This document shows, piece after piece, positions 14,701-26,140 of a stretch of DNA of 64,000 nt. Both the position numbers and the translations under genes were made by a program. Under the pieces are notes generated by a model that had not been told where the DNA came from, searched no databases, and worked only from the letters and a program-made list of their open reading frames with translations. The DNA is from Epiperipatus broadwayi (lineage: Eukaryota > Animalia > Onychophora): assembly GCA_028023455.1 (NCBI GenBank), contig JAQFVV010000011.1, positions 4,898,001-4,962,000 of the forward strand. The letters run 5' to 3'. Each line of letters opens with the position of its first letter. Within the stretch, counting starts at the first letter, position 1.

Positions 14701-15360
14701 ATTCTTGATGCATAGCATTTTCTTGGGGTTTTTTTAATTTTAAAAAGATTTCGATTTACATTGTTGATTTCAGCAACTTTTGGCTACAAATTCTTCATTG
14801 GGGGGGAGGAGAGATTTGTGTTTGAGTTATTTTTGATGATATACCATAATTTCAAAGCAGAGAATACTTAATTTGATAAATAGAATCTCTCATGTAATTT
14901 TCTTTTTAGGTTATATAATCATTGCTTTGGAATCTGATCGCAGATGCATATTTGCAAATGTTGAAAGCTAAATATTGATGAAATTCTGTTTTTGTAACTC
15001 ACGCCATATTCTTTTGACGATTAAACCTTTTCTGTTTTTGTTGTACTTCGAATTACATAGCATTTTGTTGTATTTTTTTTTTGTAATTTGTATTTTCGAA
15101 AGATTTGGATTTATTTTGCCTCAGGCATTTTTATTTTGTCGATTTCAGCGATTTTTGGATAGAAATTCTTCACGGGGGTGTGTTGCCGTTTGATGCATTT
15201 TCACCGATTTCCATTTTTGTAATTTTATAGCATTTTCTTGGTTTTTTTTTTAGTTGTATTTTATAAGGTTTTGTTCGCTTTATTTTTGCCTTAGGCATTT
15301 TTAATTTGTCGATGTTTAGCGATTTTCGGTTAGAAATTTATCATTTGCATGCTTTGTGAT
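11790..15360. repeat. 3.57-kb imperfect palindrome (foldback-like element)
   Basis: Left arm 11790-13560 is the reverse complement of right arm 13608-15360, e.g. GATATACCCTCCCACATGAAGA near 12495 vs TCTTCATGTGGGAGGGTATATC near 14628; 47-nt spacer; arms carry ~175-bp subrepeats. Confidence 0.92.
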
Positions 15361-15442
15361 GTGCTGTAACTTCTTAAAGAGAGTCAGGCATCTCTCAGCA
15401 ACTATGCCCAACGAAACCTGTTAGCCTCTTCCATTCCCCACC

Positions 15443-18400
15443 CTAAGCTTTCCCATAATCTGCTCCATCCCATTTCCACAACATAATCTTTGTCAACTCT
15501 ATGGCCTTTATATCTAAATCCCCCTTATCTTTTCCCAAACCCAGCAAAAAAACCAATAACCCACTTTCTGTATAATCACTTTGTTCATATTTATTCTTCC
15601 ATAACTTCATTATTTGTACCCTTTTTGCTTTCAAGCATTTACATTCAATCAACAGATGCCTAATATTTTCTATGCCTTCCTTACACAATTTAGACTAAAT
15701 CACCCATATTTTTCCATTTACATGTATATTCTCTTGTTGCTAAAGATCCCATTTGAGCCTTAAACAATAAACTACTTTCCTTGCTATTATCATAATTTAA
15801 TTTGCACCCAATGTTCAGTTTACTTCTATATATATTTAAACTCTTTTCACTCTCCATCTCTCCAACTCCCTATTATTTATTAATGCATCTATTTTTTATC
15901 CCATTCCTTCCCACTATAACACTCAACAATCCTCATAACACAATCATCCCACCTTTTGTACAAGTATACTGATATAAATTCTTTACCCAAACTTTTGCAT
16001 ACCGCATTACCTTTCTCACCCATCTTGTTGCCTGCCCTTTACTCATAACCCAATTAAATACTATTTTGGCTATTCTTTTATTATCCATAAACTGCAACCT
16101 ACCAAACATTTTCATTTTACTTTTTGCATCTCATATAAAAACTTGACTATCCCATTTCTTCTTGAATTGCCTTCCTTGTTGTCCATACATCTGCATCTAA
16201 TGCATGTCTTCCTTTGCACTTTTTCTAAGTAATCTAATACCCCTTTATTAACACATCACTACCATATGTTAACCCTGCTACTGCAACTCCCTTCTATACA
16301 ATTCTAGCTACATCATATTTATATGAAAACAGTTAATTTTTTTACCAAAACCTCTTTTTTTTTTGCTTCATTTACCAATTTTTTCTCCCATTCCTCCAAA
16401 CAATTTTTCTGATTACTTAAGATGATTCCCAAATAACTATATCTATTCACCACACTTAACTTTATATCCCCCAATAAAAATTCTACATCTTCCCTTTCTC
16501 CAGTATTAACCATCATTATATTTGATTTTCCTTCACTAAATTTAATCCCCATCTCTTAACCTACACTTGCACATGTCCTCAGCATAACCTCCATATCTTC
16601 TTTCTGTACACAAAAAGATATCCACAAAAAAACCCTGACAAAGTATATACTCCCTTGCCATCTATAAATGGTATCTCTATCCCTCTTCCTAGTCTTTCTA
16701 TTGCTTTCTTCATTTCACTAAAATACAACAAAAACAAAATAAGTGACATAGTGCATCCTTGCCTTAGTCCCACCCCGTTTTTAACTTTAACTGATTCTAT
16801 ATCCCCTAATTGATAAGTATAGTAATTATTTTCATATTAATATTTATTGAAGCTTCATCCATTCCCAAATTTACTAAACTTACCCATAATCTATTTCTAT
16901 TTACTCTATCATATGCCTTCTCTATATCTATAAAACTCATATATAAGGATCTACCTGAATTCCTATTCATATCCATAAGTTGTGTAACTACAAATAAACT
17001 ATCTCCTATACACCTAGCTGACCTAAAATCTCCTTGCATCCCCCCCCCACTACATTATTCTCTTCCATCCATTTTGCAACTCTTCCAGCCACCATATATG
17101 AGAAAACTTTATATAAAATTGATATTATCGCTATCGGTCTATAATTATTTAACTTTCTATGATCCTTACCCTTTCCTTTAAATAATAATCTTATTCTTGT
17201 ATTACTCCAACAACCCAGAAACTCTCTTCTGTGCCATCTTATTAAAACTTGATAATAGCTTTAGTTTTGCTCTATGCCCTAAATTCATTACCATCTCTGC
17301 TGCCCATCCATCTAAACCTCTTGCCTTTCACTTTTCAATTTCTTCCTTGCCTCATTCAGCTCATTTTTTGTAACCCTAATATTCCCATTACTAAATGCTT
17401 TCATGTTTTCTATCACTAAGTCCTTCACATCTAACATCTTTTTTAAATCCATTACATATCTATTTAAGATCTTTTCTAATTCTTCTCTAGAGCTCCACTC
17501 TATTCCCTCATCATCTAGTAATACTATCTCTCCTCCCTACATTTCTTCTTTTAATATAATTCCAATTATTTTTACTCCCATATCTTTTATTAATATCCTC
17601 CAACAATTTACTATTCAACTTTATTCTCTCTATATAATTATCTATTTTAGCCAACTTATTTTCTAAGTACTTTTCCCATTTGGCATTAATATCTTTTTCA
17701 GTTTCTTTGTTCTTAATAGCACACTTATACTCTCTGCATGCTTCTTTTCTCTCTTTTACTAATTCTTTTTTTTTTTTATTCTGTATATTCTCAAATAAAA
17801 TCCTATTTATCACCTTTTCTATTTCACCACACCAGTCCTTATACTCACCCCCAACCTGTTCCATGGTTTCTTCAACATGTATTTTATACTCTTCCAACTT
17901 ATTCTTATCGTTCATTCTCCATCCACATCTTTCACTATTGTCTCTACATTTATTTCTATTCTTCATCACATTACTAACCATTTCTATTACAATGAAAGTA
18001 TGATCACTATTACATAATCTCTCTTCATTATCAAACATCTTAATTTTCCGTATTTTATTCATTCCCTCTTTCTTTACCAATACATAATCTATTATGTGAA
18101 ATATATTATTCCTAGACTATGTGTATTGTCCCTCATAAATATTTGATAAATTTCCAATGCTCAAATTCAGTCTGAAAAAATTCCTTCAAAAACTGACCAT
18201 TCTTATTATCTACATCATCAATTTCTTCAATATGCCCAGTCATATCCCCTATAACCATTATTCTCTTCCCCTTTTCTTTAAAATTCTGTATATCCTTAAC
18301 TAGGCATTCATATATATTCCACTCCATTACAGTTTGACTCTCTCCAGTGACTATATACACTATAGTCACCATCCATTCTTGTCTACCTAACATTATTTCA

Positions 18401-18640
18401 AACCACAAATATTCTTGACATTTAACAATGTTTAAATATTTTTCCGATATAACACCTATGTCATCACCCCTTTTTTTTATATTTATACCCTGCCATACCA
18501 AATCTTCCAGAATATGTTCTTCTCTTAGATGTGTTTCCACTATTGCTAATACCCTCAAGCTCTTCATTTTCAATTGCTTTAATTCCAGCCACTTTTCTGG
18601 TCTCCTATCACACCTTGCATATTCAAATACTCAATTTTAA
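15443..18640 (-). pseudogene. LINE ORF2 (APE endonuclease + reverse transcriptase + C-terminal CCHC), many frameshifts
   Basis: Colinear minus-strand fragments in the ORF track: 18133-18573 (APE), 17511-18080, 16806-17039 (RT), 16579-16773, 16319-16552, 15933-16115, 15443-15688. Confidence 0.88.
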
Positions 18641-18826
18641 CAATTTCTTCTTTCCTAACTACTCTTTTATAAATTCTTTTTTCTCCATTATGTTTATAAA
18701 AAACTTTCTTACCATTAATCTTACACACATCTACCCTTATATCTAAATCAACTATCTTTTGCTTATTTCTTACATCCCATCCATTCTTCTTTTTAATAAT
18801 ACTACAATTTAAAAGTCCACCCCCCT

Positions 18827-19831
18827 TTAAAAGTTTCCCGAATTATATTCTTTATACATCAGACTCCCTAAAACTTCACTTCCTTCTTTTTCTAAGTGCA
18901 ATCCATCTTCGCTATATAACTCTCTCTTTCCAATAAACCAATCCCCTACATCCACAAACATAACATTATTTCTCTCACACAATTTTTTCAATCTCTTATT
19001 TATAGAACATGCCCTATCTAACAAATGCCTCTTGCCAAATCTTGGTAATAATCCAACTACCCCTACTCTTCCTTTAATCTTACTCAAATTCCTAATCAAT
19101 TCTACGTACTCATCCATTACTCTCTCTGATGGTTCTGACAAATTATTAGTCCCTACCATAACATATACATCTCTACTACCTTGCTTTCTTACTTTATCTG
19201 TCGCATCCCTAATCCAGCTCCAGGCAAACATTCTTATATACCTGCTTCTATTTTCCCTTGCAATTATATCCCCACATTCTCTAATTAGCAAATCTCCTAT
19301 CAGTACTGTCTCATAGTCTACTTTCTCTACTCCATCTGTAACATTTTCTACCACCTTCTGGACCTCCTTATCTATTTCTTCCTTACCATTCCTACTTAAT
19401 AATTCCTTTATTTGCACACACTTCATCTCTAACAATTTTAATTTTACTTCTACATCCTTCACTTCTTCCTCTATCTTACTTACTCTCTGGCTAACCATCT
19501 CCTTTGCACTACTGCTTTCTCCACCCATATCTCCCGACACTCCACTAAAACCATACTCTGTCCTATCTTCCTTAACTATATTTTGCTCCCTTTCCTCTGA
19601 CTTTCTCTTTAGACTATTTACACTTAGAAACCACTTTTTCACCTCTTTTATCACATTTACACACTGACTACATAACCAGAAACCTGTTACATCCTTCCTA
19701 TTCTTATTCAAACATTTCAAGTGATAAATCTCAGCACACACTGTATACTCTACCAGAGAATGCCTAATTCCTTTCTGCCGATTATATACACATTGTGTAA
19801 TACAAATGCAATCCATATTCTTATTTTCCAA
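18827..19831 (-). CDS. LINE ORF1: PHD-like finger, coiled coil, SGNH/GDSL esterase-like domain
   Basis: CIC...C..YHLKC...W.CSQC; heptad segment VSKIEEEVKDVEVKLKLLE; SGNH blocks LIGDLLIR, MVGTNNL and DGLHL. Confidence 0.85.
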   Translation of the reverse strand: MENKNMDCICITQCVYNRQKGIRHSLVEYTVCAEIYHLKCLNKNRKDVTGFWLCSQCVNVIKEVKKWFLSVNSLKRKSEEREQNIVKEDRTEYGFSGVSGDMGGESSSAKEMVSQRVSKIEEEVKDVEVKLKLLEMKCVQIKELLSRNGKEEIDKEVQKVVENVTDGVEKVDYETVLIGDLLIRECGDIIARENRSRYIRMFAWSWIRDATDKVRKQGSRDVYVMVGTNNLSEPSERVMDEYVELIRNLSKIKGRVGVVGLLPRFGKRHLLDRACSINKRLKKLCERNNVMFVDVGDWFIGKRELYSEDGLHLEKEGSEVLGSLMYKEYNSGNF

Positions 19832-20229
19832 GTCACCTAATCTATATTTGACTTTATAATACCTCTCCTATTCTTCAAACCCCCTTACACGGAAAGATAA
19901 AACAATTTTTACTTTCTTTCAAAACCAATCAAACTATAACCATGTGTTTTCCAACCTTAGGTCTCTAAAATGTTATCTTTTTTCTCAAAAATAACTGACT
20001 GTTTTAAAGTTTAAAAAAACCTTTAGTAACAAACTTACTAAAAATGAATTAATCTTATATACAACTTTGCTATAAATATCTTTACAGTAACACACATTCA
20101 ACAAAAATAACTTTTTCTCTAAAACTTCTATACATAAAATGACGAACGATTTCAAACAATTAAACAAAACAATTTTCAATCTTTCAAATAACTGACTCTC
20201 TTAACCGCAATTTATACTTTCACACACAA

Positions 20230-20900
20230 TAATAAGTCTTTATAGCAATACCCTCAGATGAAAAATCGTATACGCATGAAACATACAGCATAAAAAATAT
20301 TTAAAATACTTAGCTCTGCTCTTTGTTTTATTCATAATTGTAAAAAGTCTTAACTGTAGTTGTTGATAGTACTGCAGCATTGCATGGCGACCACATTGGA
20401 CATAGGTCACAACTACCATGTTTTTTATAAATAAACAATGCACTTTACAGAATGCTAATGTAGTACATTTTGAAAAATAGCTGACAGTTTCAACTATCCA
20501 AAAGTCTTCTTCAGAACTTATTTATTTTATGGAAAAAAGAATAATAATAATTAGAATTTCAAGAAAAGTATACATATAAATTAATAAGGTTTTTTTAAAA
20601 AAATAAAATTGATTATATTCCTACTTATATTTATTGACTCTAAAAAACAACAAATTCAATGATTATATTCCATTGTCCACACATTAAATAAAATAAAAAA
20701 ATTTACTTAAATATAAATAAAATTTAAGCCTCTTTTGACTTAGGACTAGTAATGCTAAGACTTAGTCAATTGATGGAAAGGGATTCCACAAAACTGTTTC
20801 TGTCAGTGTTATCATATTTACAATTCAGAATTTGGCTATTCCATATAACATCTTATTTTAATAATGAGCCAACAGAGAACTATATTTCATAATATGCTAT
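20230..20900 (-). mobile_element. Penelope-like element 3' remnant
   Basis: 20810-20860 shares CCAAATTCTGAATTGT with PLE endonuclease-like remnants at 23750 and 52085; a hammerhead core lies downstream on the same strand at 20481-20514. Confidence 0.5.
20477..20518 (-). ncRNA. Hammerhead ribozyme motif (PLE-type, minimal type I)
   Basis: Minus strand AGTT-CTGAAGA-AGAC-TTTTGGATA-GTT-GAAAC-T-GTC-AGCT: CUGANGA, stem II GAC/GUU, GAAAC, GUC cleavage triplet, 4-bp stem I. Confidence 0.7.
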
Positions 20901-23689
20901 TATAAATTGTAATTCTGCAATGTATTGATTACAAAACTAATTGTTACATGTTTAACAGGCGACCCCAATATCAATTTTGTTGTTTGTATAAATATCTAAA
21001 AAAAATTTGGATCTGTTGACCATGTAAGGTAGTAAATGCAAAACTATGGCTGTCTAGTCACCATAACACCTGCAGATAGAATTTGAATACTATCTACCAT
21101 ATTGGGTTCGAATACGAATCCCCTTTCTTAATGAAATCTTAAGAAATAAAATTTATAAACCCTGTATAAGGATACAAGTTAACAAAAAAAAAAAAATCTA
21201 CCTAGTGGCCATTATCTCATTAAAAAGACGAACAACAATTTCTTCAGAAAAAGCATATTTATGAGTGTCATTTAATGACTGACCTCAAGCGCCAATCTCA
21301 CTAATACCATAAGAATTATACTTTTCCTATCCAAATAATCTTAGAATTATCGCTACGTAGATGCCCGGCACTCTAGCTAGCTCAAATCCCAGAGCTGGGA
21401 GATATCAATACCTATCAGGCTGAACGAAGGTAAATGGATAAATTTGCGTATTTGGAACGATCTTTCCCTGATTTCTATGCTTCTCAAACTAGATCGCATG
21501 CCATTTAAAATTAGTTACTTTGAACTACCTACTTCTAAACATTCACTCCCTCAATACACAATCTAATTCCTTATCAAATTTATGGTTTGGAGTTTTAAAG
21601 TACATTTATTATAATTGCTTACTCGAAAAAGCATACTCAATTTATTCTGAGAGATATACTGCCAGGAAGGGAACTAGACCAATATAAGTGATAAAGATGT
21701 TCATTAATGATAGACAAATAATTTGTTTTAAAGTAAGTATACAATTTTATTACTATTCCATCTAATTAAATATTGAGAAAAGAGAAAAATATATATAATT
21801 TACATATTAAATAACATAAAAAGAAAAAAAACGAAATTTGTTAAATATAAAAGAACATATAATTAAAGAGCATGTGTAAGAATGCATCTATACATTACAA
21901 ATTAAATTATATAGTTTTAAATAATGATTAAACCTTTAGAGAGTAATGATGGGCAATTTTCAGTTCACTTAAGACAATAAAAATTAGTCATATTTACTTT
22001 GGGATACCCGGGATTTTATTTTGATTAGGGATAACTTTATTTCCACGTAAGCTTGTTTCAATGATCCAAACAAAATCTAAGGATTCTTTATTGTCAGCGA
22101 ATGGAAAAAATTTCTGTTAATGAAAAATGTGTGGCACAACCATCCATTTTGTGGTATTGCTTGGATATAGAAAATAATGACGTCTTATTGGAAGCTTTCT
22201 TAGTATACACGGTTCAAGATTCATTCCTTCCTGGATTATTTTAGCGGCATATTGGTAGGGTCCTTCAGGTTCTTGGACGAGCAGGCATTGAACAGGAAAA
22301 ACTATATATATTTGGAGCTTAGGGTGATCGCCTTACACATATTTGTTCTTACCCCAGCATTACGATTGTATAAGTTGATATTACTAAATCAATTTTCTCC
22401 TCGAGATGGTTAATTGAAGTACTTTTAATATTTCATTTTTTTATAATGCAAGCTTAACTGCACCAGTAAACTTAGCAAAAAGAAAAAAAATATTAATACT
22501 ACATTTCTATCCGAAAAATACTCTTGTTCTATCTTTCCTTTTCACATATTAATTAATTCAATTCTTTTATTTCCCAAAATAGTTTATCAGCATTGAGACC
22601 TCTATTTCTCAGGCATGCTTTTAACATTTTTCTTTTAGGTTTCATTTCTTTTTTTTTTTTTTAGCTGTACATTTATTTAAGATTTCCTGGAATTTAGAGG
22701 CTTAAGTAATGGAACAAAAGACATAAAATTGCCTCAAGGTAGATATATCAAAGTTCTTTCGTTACTCTCATTAAAATACAATGTATGATAAAACTAAAGG
22801 AAAATATACATTTGAAATAAGTAATAATACAAAAAAAATTATATATTTGCATATAACTGCATTCCCACAATTTATTAACACATATTTTTCTGAATGTATT
22901 CTAAAATAAACAACTACAACTATATACATCTTTCTCTTTTTATTTTATTTTTTCTAATAAAAATAAAACTTTCAAACTTTATCTCTCTCTTCGACATATA
23001 TCTATATGATTCTTTATATACATACTCGCACATTGAAGCCAATTTATTGGCCTTAAACAGGGTTTGAACCCGGCTACTGTTACACATGAATATATTTAAT
23101 TCAATTGGTCAAAATTATTTAAAATAGAATTCCTACCTGATTAAAATATATTTGTATATGTGCTTATTAAATGCATAAAATGACACATTATTAATTATAA
23201 ATATCATAAAAAATAAAAGAACATCATCTTTATAACACAACATCGTTAGATTTTTTTTCAGTGAATTAATATAAACAAGAGTAAACATTTATCACCATTT
23301 GATACTGCATTTTAATTTAGTTTCTATCCCTCAAACAGTTTTCTAGGCTTAATTAGTTTAATGATAGAAATGAAGGGTGGCTGCAGGATGCATAACTACA
23401 TTGTTTTTGGATTTGAATCCTAAATTCTCATTAATAAAGGTGCAGACCAGAAACAAGATTGAGAATGAAAATTAAATTAAACTACATGACCATCTGGTAA
23501 TATTGATGATTCAGTTTATAATAAATGATGCTAGAATAAAGATACTTTTTTTGCAAATATATATATATATTAATGAAAAGACTTATGAAAAATGAAGCTG
23601 ATTATAATTACTGCCTACTAAAAGTGTAATTATGTATAAGGCAAAAACAAGTAAAATCTGCTTAATAAGACTAAAGTTTAGCGATTTTC

Positions 23690-23830
23690 AGTTACCAATG
23701 TTAAGATTTAGTACAGCTTCCCAAACTAAATCTGTAAATTTTGTAGTATTATAGTTTACAATTCAGAATTTGATTATTATATATAACATTTTATATCTCA
23801 TTTTCACAATGAGATAAGAGGGTGCAGAAA
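23690..23830 (-). mobile_element. Penelope-like endonuclease remnant
   Basis: CAAATTCTGAATTGTAAA motif followed by an F.WE-like stretch with frameshift; homologous to 20810-20860 and 52085. Confidence 0.4.
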
Positions 23831-24509
23831 ATTGACTCATTCATAATAAAATTACTGTCTGCAATTAAAAAAATATAGTTCTCAAACATGTGGAATATTA
23901 TATACATTAATGGCTATTAAGAAATGATAAATAACTTCATTTTAATTGACTGTGCATTACAGTGCTAAAATGTAAAGAAGAATTTTTGATTCTATATTAT
24001 GAATTAATAATTTATTAGTTATGGCATAGTAAATTTTAGATTCCACATTCTATCAAATGCTGATGAAAAACAACATAAATAAATACATTTGTAAAAAAAC
24101 AATAACAAATCTATAGATTACCTCTATAAAAATACAAATAAAATAAATATATAAAACAATATAGTATCTTGAAATTTCTGAATCTCCTTACTAGACATAC
24201 ACCTAATATATAAACTTGCATATAATTTATGAGCAAAATAATAATAAATCAACAAATAGTCTATTATAAATAACGAATTTTAAGATGTCTGAATTCAAAT
24301 CCCCCTTAATTATGAGCAAAATAAACAAAAAAAAACATTAAAAAACAATTTTCAAATAAATAAAATTTGAAAAATTAAAAAAACTTTTACCTGATTAAAA
24401 AATTTGCATAAACATGCACTCTATAATTGCCCTTTTCTATTATTAAGTACTAATATAACTCATAATGTAGAAAAAGATTTGTGAATGTGAATTTTTAATA
24501 ATACTAATA

Positions 24510-24668
24510 GTCTGAACAGGCACTAACCTGTATTCAATGTGCTTTAAAATTCGCAATAATCAAGCATATTTTGCCAATAGAGGGATTTTCCAAACCATGA
24601 CACAAGATAGCGGCTTGATTATTGTGAATTTTAAAGCACAATGAATACAGGTTAGTGCCTGTTCAGAC
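24510..24668. mobile_element. MITE with 56-bp TIRs and TA flanks (Tc1/mariner-type TSD)
   Basis: TIRs 24510-24565 and 24613-24668 match at 54/56; TA on both sides. Confidence 0.8.
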
Positions 24669-25062
24669 TATTTACATAAGCTTTCTGTGCAGCTCTATAA
24701 ATTAATTACTACTCTTCAATAATAATAATAAACTTTATTGGGATTACCATAATTAATATAATTTCACTTATCCATTCAAAAATAGTTTCCAATCCAATGC
24801 AAAATTACTGTAATTTTCCAATAAATGCATCTTTTTAATTTTTAAACATCAAAGTATAGCATATACAATATGACTATTAGAAATATAATTTTGAAGATTA
24901 ATGTATTCTATTCCTTTCTTATATAAAGGAAAACAACAAATAAGAAATGACAATAACTAATTATCAAATGACAAATTTATAAAAATTTATAGTTTTAAAA
25001 TAAAAGTAATTTTAAATTATTAATGGAAATAATTTTGAAACAAAATTCATTATGTCAATTAT

Positions 25063-25068
25063 TTTATT
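25063..25068 (-). promoter_or_regulatory. Candidate PCCB polyadenylation signal AATAAA
   Basis: TTTATT on plus, about 30 nt downstream of the PCCB stop on minus. Confidence 0.45.
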
Positions 25069-25098
25069 GGTTTTATACAAGCAGCAGCAACAGATCTT

Positions 25099-25220
25099 TT
25101 ACAAAGGTATGTTCGCATGTTTCTTCCAAGGATTACTCTGTTTTTTACTCTGAAGTATATCTAAGGCAAGACAGATTTTTTTCCGGGTAGTTTTTGGTTC
25201 AATAATATCATCTATAAATC
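25099..25220 (-). CDS. PCCB: Propionyl-CoA carboxylase beta, terminal coding exon (122 nt)
   Basis: [40 protein letters not shown]; acceptor TTTGCAG. Confidence 0.97.
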
Positions 25221-25301
25221 CTGCAAAAAAAATTTAAAAAAATCAGAATAAAAGCTGCAATTAATTAACAACAACAAAAAGGTTAAAGTAAATTTAGTGA
25301 C

Positions 25302-25401
25302 CTCGTAAAGCAGCGGGAAATGGATTTCCAAATTTTTCAATGTATTCTTCTTCATATTGTTGTACATTGGATTTACCTCTATAAATTATAGATACAGCAC
25401 C
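25302..25401 (-). CDS. PCCB: PCCB exon (100 nt)
   Basis: [34 protein letters not shown]; AG/GT flanks, phase consistent. Confidence 0.97.
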
Positions 25402-25519
25402 CTAAAAAATTAAAATAAAAAAAACTATATATTTTCACTTTTATATTCGTTGTTCAAGAAACAAGTTAGGGCAGCTAGACATTTAAACTATTACAAAATA
25501 CTCTCAAACCTAGTCATAA

Positions 25520-26140
25520 TTACTTGCCAACTTAACACAAATGAGACACCCAATGCAATGACAGACTTAAAAAAGTTAACAAAAAAGCTCAGTTCAATCA
25601 ATTGAAAGAGAACTATTGCGCTCAACCTACTACCAGGATACTCAAATATATGACTTTAACTATTCATATATTATTAATATTTAGAGAACTAAACTTTATT
25701 GAGCTCTTTATATTATCAAAATGTTTATCTTTGGCTATGAAAGTTTACTCTTTTTGTAGAATGGCAATACCTCTGATGAATCAATAACCAATAGATACTA
25801 TTGCCTTTTGCTCTCAATAGTTATTATTAGAATCATTCTAATGATGCTCAATTGTTCATGACAATGAATTGTGAGAATGCTGTTTGATGCAATCTCCTTC
25901 ATATCCGTTTAAGATGCACACATTTGCAAGACTATTATGCTGATCAGTACAGTTTGTTATTTTATAAATATGTTATATTTTGAAAAGTGAAAATAATTAC
26001 TCTTTAATGCTACTAAGTGATATTTTCAGTCTATAGATAGCACTATAACTTTTTGTTCTCTTTCTTATGGATGACTAATTCAGTCAGAATAGTGTTGTGT
26101 ATTTGCATATATACTAGATGAATACCAACAAAAATAAATA
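25520..26140 (-). mobile_element. Penelope-like RT-thumb/GIY-YIG remnant
   Basis: Broken minus frames YANTQHYSD*ISHP, ILNGYEGDCIKQ, VLPFY and SYI*VS, in the order expected for PLE ORFs. Confidence 0.45.

Larger units (their letters stand above)
15400..20220 (-). mobile_element. Non-LTR retrotransposon, near full length and decayed; RTEX-like (PHD+esterase ORF1, APE-RT-CCHC ORF2)
   Basis: ORF1 at 18827-19831; ORF2 fragments carry YLNMQG, VETHL, IGDM, FIDIEKAYDRV, GLRQGCTMSLILF, GRLQFMDNKRIAK and IRHLLIEC. Clade assignment is by domain architecture only. Confidence 0.9.

Noticed and set aside
14142-15193. ORFs within the palindrome right arm (and 43428-43616 in the hairpin)
   Set aside because: Low-complexity F/I/L-rich translations not preserved in the opposite arm.
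16810-19316. Plus-strand ORFs over the LINE
   Set aside because: Antisense shadows of the purine-rich LINE ORFs, with no recognisable domains.
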